Part shown: positions 1-7,353 of the stretch, one piece after another | Numbering within the stretch: the first letter of the stretch is position 1 | How the letters are laid out: each line of letters opens with the position of its first letter | Assembly: GCA_963663965.2 (NCBI GenBank) | Contig: CAXXFK010000035.1 | Coordinates: 1 to 64,000 of the forward strand | Length of the DNA: 64,000 nt | DNA from: Sedimentisphaerales bacterium | Lineage (GTDB): Bacteria > Planctomycetota > Phycisphaerae > Sedimentisphaerales > SM23-30 | Direction of reading: 5' to 3' | Notes under the pieces: generated by a model | What the model saw: the letters and a program-made list of their open reading frames with translations, nothing else | Database searches by the model: none | What the model was told of the DNA's origin: nothing | Position numbers and translations under genes: made by a program

Positions 1-30
1 CAATTAAGAATCCCACACCCACATAATCCC

Positions 31-60
31 AAAAAGCCGAGTCCTCACTCGGCTTTTTTT
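31..60. terminator. Bidirectional intrinsic terminator
   Basis: AAAAAGCCGAG-TCCTCA-CTCGGCTTTTTTT hairpin with A and T tracts, downstream of the minus-strand ORF 94..999. Confidence 0.8.
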
Positions 61-93
61 ATGCTTTATGCACAATCTCTGAATTATCCACAA

Positions 94-999
94 TCACATA
101 AAAATCCCACAATCATAGTCCACCAATATTTCAATTTCTCGCTTGACCAATATATGCGGATATGTTCGTTGAAAATGAAAAGACAATCTTCGAAATCCGC
201 CCCATTGCGAAAATGTCACTATGGATACCCGAACCGTATCATCTGCCATTAGAATAATAGGTTCCGGATCGATCTTATTGGCTTCCCGTTTTTGTTTTCT
301 GGTAAAAGGTGGTGATTCATATCGTATCCACTCATCAATTACCCGTGCGATATCATTCTTATCAACCACAACCTGTAGATCGGTATAACAATGCCATCGA
401 AGGTAAAACTGACCTGCCAGTACCCGAAAAAATGCCAGTTCCAAAAAACCCTCCTCCGTATCGTCTGTCATGATTGATTCCAGATACTCCCATTTTCTTC
501 TACCGGCCTGTTTGCGCAATGCAGCCACCTTCTCCCTGGTGTTATTGATATTATTTGGATCGCTCTTTTTCATATCCTCTATCTGATCCCAACCCAGAAA
601 CGATCGATATTCTCCGTAAGTTTTGAAAGGTTCATCTTCCTTTCTACGAACATAAAGATAAGGCCGCCCATTGGCATCATTCATATAGGCATAATCCAGT
701 ACCAGATCATCAGGTAATGAAATATGTTTCAGAACAGAAAAGTATTCATTCACATCAAATTCATCTTCACTGAAATGACGCGCCGGGTTCTTTTGCCGTA
801 AATGATCCGGGAAATGTTCGCACGCATCCTGATGAAGCTTTTCAATCGCCTCGATCCGTTGGCGATATGGATTGGGCAAATAAAACGTTCCCTCCAAACA
901 CCCCTCATCCTCCTCCATTGAAGCACAATAAACGCTTGTTACTCCAAAAATCAAAACACCAACGGCGATACATCCAAATATTACATAATATGTCTTCAT
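94..999 (-). CDS. Hypothetical exported or membrane-anchored protein
   Basis: 301-aa ORF with an N-terminal hydrophobic segment, followed by a terminator; no family recognised. Confidence 0.7.
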   Translation of the reverse strand: MKTYYVIFGCIAVGVLIFGVTSVYCASMEEDEGCLEGTFYLPNPYRQRIEAIEKLHQDACEHFPDHLRQKNPARHFSEDEFDVNEYFSVLKHISLPDDLVLDYAYMNDANGRPYLYVRRKEDEPFKTYGEYRSFLGWDQIEDMKKSDPNNINNTREKVAALRKQAGRRKWEYLESIMTDDTEEGFLELAFFRVLAGQFYLRWHCYTDLQVVVDKNDIARVIDEWIRYESPPFTRKQKREANKIDPEPIILMADDTVRVSIVTFSQWGGFRRLSFHFQRTYPHILVKREIEILVDYDCGIFM

Positions 1000-1068
1000 C
1001 TTATCACCATCACCACAAATCTTCTAACAGGCATAACACTATGCAAAACATTCCCAGCCACATTCTTT

Positions 1069-1224
1069 TTCCGTGTCTTTCCGTGTTTTTCCGTGGTTAT
1101 ATCTTCTTATATTTTAACAACTTAACTAAGTTTTTATCTGCGTCCATCTGCGATGAAACCGGCTATTATATTTTTTTATCTCTCCGGCTATTCCTCCACT
1201 CCCTTCACTTACTACACGGTGAAA
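1069..1224 (+). repeat. Three short tandem-box groups (TTCCGTG x3, ATCTGCG x2, CTHCAC x3)
   Basis: TTCCGTG at 1069/1079/1089; ATCTGCG at 1136/1146; CTCCAC/CTTCAC/CTACAC at 1194/1203/1212. Confidence 0.55.
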
Positions 1225-1268
1225 TATCCTTATATTATGTATTTTACAAATATAATATTATTATTTAT

Positions 1269-1297
1269 TTGACTATTATTAAAATTCAACCTATAAT
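1269..1297 (+). promoter_or_regulatory. Sigma-70 type promoter of ORF 1359..2144
   Basis: TTGACT-N17-TATAAT. Confidence 0.7.
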
Positions 1298-1358
1298 CCC
1301 AACAGTCGGCCGCCAACGGTCAAACTCAAAACATTACTAAGGTTTAAAGGAGGCTCCC

Positions 1359-2144
1359 ATGAATCGTTCCATGCAAATTCTCGCCCGCGCCCAATACTAC
1401 CACCGCCCCGAAATCGATGACATTTTCCTCGCCACCATCAACACCACCCGCCGCCAACACCAGTACATCATCGACACCTACCCTTACCACTGCGAACTGG
1501 CCGGCCTGATCGCCTACGATCGCCGCGACTATAAACTCCGGGCCACCCGGGCCGGCCACCAGGCCCTCCAGCGCCTCGTCGTCCAGTCCCGCTCCGACAA
1601 CACCATCACCGCCCGCCGCGCCACCACCCAACTCATCCAGCAATTCATAAAAATCACCGATCCCATCAAAGACCTCATCCCCGAAGGCCCGCCCAATGAC
1701 AAAGAATACCAGCAGATTATCGACAATTGCAAAAACATCCTCTTCGACGCCGGCTACCAGATCACCCCCGCCATCCAGTGCGACCCAAACGCCACCCCCG
1801 AACCAGGCCAACAACCCGAAACCCCACCAATACCAAACGAACCCAAAGTCGGCAAATTCAACCATAACACAAACAATAACAAAAACTTAGAAACAAACAA
1901 TCCAACCCATAACAACCACCGCAACCCCAACTCCCAGCCCGACAATTTCCAACCCGATCCACGGAATCCAACCCCCCATCAATACACCCCCAACCACTCC
2001 AACTACCCCTCAACGCCAAACGAACCCAACATCAACAATTACAACTATAACCACAATTATAACAATGACTTAAAACCATTCACGCCGACAGAAAATTCCC
2101 AGGAAACCCCAACCGACACCACCCTCCAATGCCGTCACTACTAA
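1359..2144 (+). CDS. Hypothetical protein with a P/N/T-rich low-complexity tail containing PNEP repeats
   Basis: AAGGAGG RBS, upstream promoter, 261 aa, strongly C-rich and G-poor coding strand. Confidence 0.7.
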   Translation: MNRSMQILARAQYYHRPEIDDIFLATINTTRRQHQYIIDTYPYHCELAGLIAYDRRDYKLRATRAGHQALQRLVVQSRSDNTITARRATTQLIQQFIKITDPIKDLIPEGPPNDKEYQQIIDNCKNILFDAGYQITPAIQCDPNATPEPGQQPETPPIPNEPKVGKFNHNTNNNKNLETNNPTHNNHRNPNSQPDNFQPDPRNPTPHQYTPNHSNYPSTPNEPNINNYNYNHNYNNDLKPFTPTENSQETPTDTTLQCRHY

Positions 2145-2275
2145 AACGCAGGGCAACCATCGCCCGCGCTGATCAAACCAAGCCATGAGCACAGCGAATA
2201 CCAGCAGAAGCCCAGAATCCAAACGAACCCATCGAAAGAAAGAAACCATATAAACATAGCGATGCCAACCTGTTG
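1833..2275 (+). repeat. Array of 3 composite sites CCAAACGAACCCA-N19-TAA-N19-TTR
   Basis: Boxes at 1833, 2016 and 2219; TAA at 1865, 2048 and 2251; 25-mers end at 1889, 2072 and 2275. Confidence 0.8.
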
Positions 2276-2353
2276 GGATTCAGATCCCTGACCATTTTAC
2301 CATGATCCGTTTTGAGTCCGTTCATCCAATTATCACATTGCCAACAAATTGGC

Positions 2354-2382
2354 TTGACGAAACACGTAACTTAACTTAAAAT
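2354..2382 (+). promoter_or_regulatory. Sigma-70 type promoter for the kinase-rmuC operon
   Basis: TTGACG-N17-TAAAAT. Confidence 0.65.
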
Positions 2383-2445
2383 CAGTGTTTTGCGGATAAT
2401 TTACAAGTTTTTAACGTACTATAAAATAATAATTTAGAGCGAAAA

Positions 2446-4110
2446 GTGCCTACTCTCTACTTACTCCAGGGATCGGACAAGGGTCACTCGTTCGATATCA
2501 ACAACACCCCGGTTCTCCTGGGCCGTAACAGCCCGGATGTGCCGTTGACTGATAATACGGTTTCAAGACGTCACGCCGAACTGATCCGCAAAAAAAATGG
2601 TACCTGGGTTATCCGTGATCTGAACTCCGCCAACGGCACTTATGTCAACGGTATCAAACTGTCCGGCTTTATCGAACTCAAACCCGGCGATCAGATCCGT
2701 TGCGGCGCGACCCTGATTGTTTTTGGCAATATCCCATCAGGAATTATGGGCGAACCAGGCGGCCTGCATATCGATGAAAACGGCAATCTGGTCGAATCAT
2801 CCATCATGGCCACTGTCCCCACCATGGATGACTCCGTCATTATTGCCGGCCCCGAAACCTCTAACGCGATCGGCAACCTGCGGTTACTTTATGAACTCTC
2901 CACGGCGATCAGTACCATCTTCGATCGGCCCCAGATGCTCAATAAAGTCATGGACATCATTTTCGATAACCTGCCTGCGGACCGCGGCTTTATCCTGCTG
3001 GCCGAAGATAACGCCGATAAAATCGACAGCAAAAACCTCAAACCCATCGTGGTTCGATATCGCGATAAAGAACAGGAACTTAAAATCACGGTCAGCCATA
3101 CGATAGTCGAGCATGCCATCAGCAACAAAGAAGGCGTCGTCTGCACCAATGCCATGCGTGACCCGCGATTCGCCAGTGGCGAGAGCGTGCAGCATTACGG
3201 CATCCGATCGGCGCTCTGCGCCCCGATTACCGTACGAAACGAAATCAAAGGGGTGATCTATGTCGATACGACCATGGCTACCCATACCTATGCCAATGAA
3301 CAACTGCAACTGCTCACCGCAATTGGATACCAGACCGGTATGGCGTTGGAACATGCCCGCCTTTACGAAACCGGTATTCAAGCCGAACGTCTGGCAGCAG
3401 CCGGTGAAACAGTTGCCTATATCTCCCACGGCATTAAGAATATTCTCCAGAGCCTGCAAGGCGCTGCCGACATGGTCGAGATGGGCCTTAAACGCAATAA
3501 AGTTGACCTCGCTCAAAAAGGCTGGGGGATTCTGCAACGGAATCTGACCCGCGTGCAAAACCTGGTTCTCAATATGTTGGCGTTCAGCAAGGCGCGCCAG
3601 CCGCATCGGACCATGGTCCAGTTGAACCGGATGATTACTGAATTAATTGAAATGCTCAGCCAGCAGGCGCAGGAAAAAAATGTCGGCCTCTTTACCGACC
3701 TGGACGATCAACTCCCGGCCATCGCAGTAGATCCTGACGGCATCGAACAGATATTGCTCAATCTGGTGCTCAATGCTCTGGATGCCGTAGAATCCAAAAC
3801 CGGGGCAATTACCATCAAAACCAGCTTCGATGCCCAGGCGCATCTGGTAGTCATCGGGATTCATGACAACGGCAAAGGAATTGCTCCGGACCAGCTCAAA
3901 TTTATTTTTCACGCGTTCCATTCCGATAAAGGCCAGGGCGGCACGGGATTGGGATTGGCCGTTGTCAAAAAAATTGCCGAAGAACACAGCGGTCGAGTGC
4001 TGGTCGAAAGCCAACCCAATGAAGGAACCACTTTCACCATTCTCCTGCCCAGCGATGCCGAAGTCACCGATAGCAGTATGACCGCCGGCCCGGGCGGCAC
4101 CCGCTACTAG
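2446..4110 (+). CDS. FHA-GAF sensor histidine kinase
   Basis: FHA motifs (LGR, VSRRHA, DLNSANGT), GAF region, H-box SHGIKN, N box NLVLNALDA, DNGKG and GTGLGL. Confidence 0.92.
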   Translation: MPTLYLLQGSDKGHSFDINNTPVLLGRNSPDVPLTDNTVSRRHAELIRKKNGTWVIRDLNSANGTYVNGIKLSGFIELKPGDQIRCGATLIVFGNIPSGIMGEPGGLHIDENGNLVESSIMATVPTMDDSVIIAGPETSNAIGNLRLLYELSTAISTIFDRPQMLNKVMDIIFDNLPADRGFILLAEDNADKIDSKNLKPIVVRYRDKEQELKITVSHTIVEHAISNKEGVVCTNAMRDPRFASGESVQHYGIRSALCAPITVRNEIKGVIYVDTTMATHTYANEQLQLLTAIGYQTGMALEHARLYETGIQAERLAAAGETVAYISHGIKNILQSLQGAADMVEMGLKRNKVDLAQKGWGILQRNLTRVQNLVLNMLAFSKARQPHRTMVQLNRMITELIEMLSQQAQEKNVGLFTDLDDQLPAIAVDPDGIEQILLNLVLNALDAVESKTGAITIKTSFDAQAHLVVIGIHDNGKGIAPDQLKFIFHAFHSDKGQGGTGLGLAVVKKIAEEHSGRVLVESQPNEGTTFTILLPSDAEVTDSSMTAGPGGTRY

Positions 4111-4126
4111 GAGGATAGATTGATCC

Positions 4127-5215
4127 ATGTCTGGATTTGAAATCCTGATAACGGTCTTATTGATACTGGTAATCCTGTCCATTGCAGTATTGGCATTGGT
4201 CTTTGGGTCGCGTTTTACTCGAATCGAACAGGAAAAACAAACCGCCACTCTCATGCAGAAACAGGTAACCGACTTGATCGGCCTGCAGGATAATCGGTTA
4301 TCAACGCTCGGCGAACATCTTAGCAAATCCCTGACCAATTTTAACAATACCCTGAGTCAACGATTCACCGAAAACCAGCAACTGGCGCAGACCGGCCAGA
4401 AATCTGTCGCCGAACGCCTGGAAGCGACCGGCCAAACGATCGCCGACGTCCGCAACCAGTTGGGCCAGTTATCCGAAGCCGCCAAACAAATTTCGCAAAT
4501 TGGCGCCGATATGCGCAAATTACAGGACATTCTTCAAAGCCCCAAGTTGCGAGGCTCTCTGGGAGAATGGTCTCTGGAAAATCTACTGAGCGAAGTCCTG
4601 CCCAAGGCCCATTACCAATTACAATACAATTTCATTAACGGAGTTAAAGTAGACGCCATTGTCAAACTGATTGATGGAATGGTTTGCATCGATGCGAAAT
4701 TCCCTTTGCCCAACTTTCTGGTAATGCTGGAAGCAACGAATGAAGCAGATCAGCAACGCGCGCGTAAAGCCTTTTATCGGGATGTCAAAAACCGTATTGA
4801 TGAAATCGCCAGTCGATACATTCTCCCCGATCAGGGCACGCTCGATTTCGCCCTGATGTATATCCCTGCCGAAAATGTCTATTATGAAATCATCACGGCC
4901 AGTACCGATACCGATCTCAACGCCTATGCCCGATCTCGTAAAGTCATCCCGGTATCGCCCAATACGCTCTACGCCTACCTGATGATGATCGCCACCGGCC
5001 TGAAAGGCATGCAACTGGAAAAAAATGCCAGGTTGATTCAGAATCGCATCGCCGATCTTCGCCAGCAAATGACCCTCTTTACCGGCGACATTGGAATTAT
5101 TGGTAAACACTTGAATAACGCTTCAATTAAATTCTCTGAATCCCAGCGAAAACTTGATCAAATCAACAACACCCTTGAACAAATCGATTTAGATTCTGAA
5201 AATTCTGTTGACTAA
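4127..5215 (+). CDS. rmuC: DNA recombination protein RmuC
   Basis: N-terminal TM, coiled coil, RGSLGE, IDAKFP, DFALMYIPAE, VSPNTL. Confidence 0.93.
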   Translation: MSGFEILITVLLILVILSIAVLALVFGSRFTRIEQEKQTATLMQKQVTDLIGLQDNRLSTLGEHLSKSLTNFNNTLSQRFTENQQLAQTGQKSVAERLEATGQTIADVRNQLGQLSEAAKQISQIGADMRKLQDILQSPKLRGSLGEWSLENLLSEVLPKAHYQLQYNFINGVKVDAIVKLIDGMVCIDAKFPLPNFLVMLEATNEADQQRARKAFYRDVKNRIDEIASRYILPDQGTLDFALMYIPAENVYYEIITASTDTDLNAYARSRKVIPVSPNTLYAYLMMIATGLKGMQLEKNARLIQNRIADLRQQMTLFTGDIGIIGKHLNNASIKFSESQRKLDQINNTLEQIDLDSENSVD

Positions 5216-5287
5216 CGATTATTTATGTGTTAAATTGTAAGTGTAGAGTTTAGGTAATAAGCCCAATAAAAAAAATGTGCAAATTAT

Positions 5288-5316
5288 TTGCCTTTTAAAA
5301 GTTCATATTGTATAAT
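5288..5316 (+). promoter_or_regulatory. Sigma-70 type promoter of a candidate sRNA
   Basis: TTGCCT-N17-TATAAT with no credible downstream plus-strand CDS. Confidence 0.65.
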
Positions 5317-5322
5317 TCTAAG

Positions 5323-5439
5323 CTTGGCTGATTTAACAATTAAATAACCGATATACGCTCTGGTATGTTACTCGTTTAAATACTCTTTTCACCTCTTAAC
5401 CCGACCGGACAGCGAGTGATGTGCCAGAGCATTTTTTTT
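5323..5439 (+). ncRNA. Candidate small RNA (20-bp stem-loop plus U tract)
   Basis: 5357-5376 pairs with 5411-5430 using five G-U wobbles and no mismatch on the + strand; T8 follows; 5' end estimated from the promoter. Confidence 0.5.
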
Positions 5440-5613
5440 GCATTTTTTAACCTTTATGCCATCCGGAACCAACGGCTCAAAACCGGAATCCTTGAACCAC
5501 CCGCCGATCAATTGAACATTAAGTCGTTATTAAATATGTGGTTACAAAACAATTCTCCCGATTCGTTTTTTCAGGAATTGAAACGAAACAATATCTGCCT
5601 TACGGGGCCTGCC

Positions 5614-5877
5614 TTAGAAAATCAACATTAATACCGCCAGGGTGGTCAATATCACAATAACGACAAATAACACTTGGGCCCACAGACGGCTTGATGGCGC
5701 AAAAATACCATCTTTCAAATGGCGGAACAGGATATCCCCGCAGTAGGGACAACAATCCAGATCCCCTAAAAAATCTTTTTTACATTTCGGACAGCGTTGT
5801 ACCCGATCATCGTATTTAATAGGACTTTCATATTCATCCAAATCCTCTTCATCGGGTTCCCATAATTCATCATCCAT
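5614..5877 (-). CDS. Small zinc-ribbon protein with C-terminal TM helix
   Basis: CPKC...CPYC, acidic N-terminus, hydrophobic C-terminus; overlaps the recO stop. Confidence 0.7.
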   Translation of the reverse strand: MDDELWEPDEEDLDEYESPIKYDDRVQRCPKCKKDFLGDLDCCPYCGDILFRHLKDGIFAPSSRLWAQVLFVVIVILTTLAVLMLIF

Positions 5878-6628
5878 GAGAACGGCCTCCCTGCTTGAGT
5901 AAATGGTTTAAAAAAATCATGATCTTACTCTGCTTACCCTGAACCTCACGGTAATGATAGCACAATAATTCATGCAGACTTATGACGACCTCACGCCCAA
6001 CCGCACTTAAATTTTCCGGCCGGTTGAGCAGATCCAGAACCCTGGCATTCACCGGCCACTTTTCAAAAACCGCCCCTTCACATTCCCGACATAAAATCCC
6101 CCCGTTTTCAGAACTGAAATAGACACGAACCTTTTCCGGCAAACTTTTACCACAGGCGCAACACCGATGCCAGATCGGACTTAATCCAACCTCTCGAAAT
6201 AACGCCAGTTCAAAGCCCACCAGAACCACTTCCGGTTGCGCTGTCTCTTTGAGACGCTCCAGGGTAACCTTTAATATATCGTAAAGATGCGGATGCGGGT
6301 CCAGTTCCTCAGTAAAATCGTCTACCATTGCCGCTATAAACTGACCGCAATGCAACGAAATTAAATGCCCGCGTAACTGGGGCCACGATTCAACCAGATC
6401 AAATTCCGTTAATGTTCCGAGCGATTGCCCCTCACGGGGTGATACAAATTGAATATAACCATTGTTAAGCAGATCAACGCCACCGCTGAATTTGGCTTTT
6501 TCCCGCCGGCTGCCTTTGGCAATCGCTCTCAATTTACCATACTCACGCCCGAATAACGTGACAATCTGACTGGTCTCGGAATATTTCCGCTGGCCAATGC
6601 AAATCGCTTCATCTTTCAAGGTCGGCAT
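5870..6628 (-). CDS. recO: DNA repair protein RecO
   Basis: YSETSQIVTLF..EYGKLRAIAKG OB-fold motif, CCACG and CREC zinc finger. Confidence 0.95.
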   Translation of the reverse strand: MPTLKDEAICIGQRKYSETSQIVTLFGREYGKLRAIAKGSRREKAKFSGGVDLLNNGYIQFVSPREGQSLGTLTEFDLVESWPQLRGHLISLHCGQFIAAMVDDFTEELDPHPHLYDILKVTLERLKETAQPEVVLVGFELALFREVGLSPIWHRCCACGKSLPEKVRVYFSSENGGILCRECEGAVFEKWPVNARVLDLLNRPENLSAVGREVVISLHELLCYHYREVQGKQSKIMIFLNHLLKQGGRSHG

Positions 6629-6639
6629 AATTATCGTCG

Positions 6640-7353
6640 TTATTGGCGGGGGCTTAACTGGATATCGCGTTTCAGTTTAAATAATTCCTTAAAAGCGCGT
6701 AATATAACCGCCGGGTTGGCGCCACTGCTCTGTCCGGTCTGCCGCGGATAATGCTTGACGCCTAACTGAGTCATGCGATATCCGGCACGCGCCGCTCTGG
6801 CCAAAATCTCCGTATCAATCAGCGCTCCCATACTCTTCATGGTGATTCGATCGAAAATTTCACGGCGATATAATTTGAAGGCGCAATCGATATCCTTAAG
6901 ATGCAGCCCAAATATTTGATTTACCAGCCAGTTCCAGGCATGCCCATTCAGTTTACGTAGCCAGGAATCCTGGCGATTCAGTCGATAACAGGTCACAATA
7001 TCATACTGTTCGGTCAGTGGAATTAATTGGATAATATCGGCAATATCAAACTGAGCATCCCCGTCGGTGTAAAATACCCATTGTTTACTCGCAGCTTTGA
7101 ATCCGCTCTGTAAGGCACCCCCATACCCCTTGTTGGTCTCGTGATGAACCACCCGAACACGGTTGTCCTTTTCAGCCAACTGATCCGCTATTACGGCTGT
7201 TTCATCCTGACTCCCATCATTGACAATAATGACTTCGAAATCATCCGCAATCTTCTCCAGCACGTCCAGAGTTCGCCACGTCAAAGCTTCAATCGAACCT
7301 TCTTCGTTGTGGCATGGAAAAAAAACAGAAAGACTTTCCAGACGATTGATCAC
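6640..7353 (-). CDS. GT2 glycosyltransferase, DPM1/polyprenol-phosphate type
   Basis: PCHNEE, VNDGSQD, NKGYGGA, YTDGDAQ, DIDCAFKL. Confidence 0.9.
   Translation of the reverse strand: MINRLESLSVFFPCHNEEGSIEALTWRTLDVLEKIADDFEVIIVNDGSQDETAVIADQLAEKDNRVRVVHHETNKGYGGALQSGFKAASKQWVFYTDGDAQFDIADIIQLIPLTEQYDIVTCYRLNRQDSWLRKLNGHAWNWLVNQIFGLHLKDIDCAFKLYRREIFDRITMKSMGALIDTEILARAARAGYRMTQLGVKHYPRQTGQSSGANPAVILRAFKELFKLKRDIQLSPRQ

Noticed and set aside
1833..2275. CRISPR interpretation of the periodic repeats
   Set aside because: The conserved box is only 13 bp, the period is about 190 bp and variable, and there are no cas genes.
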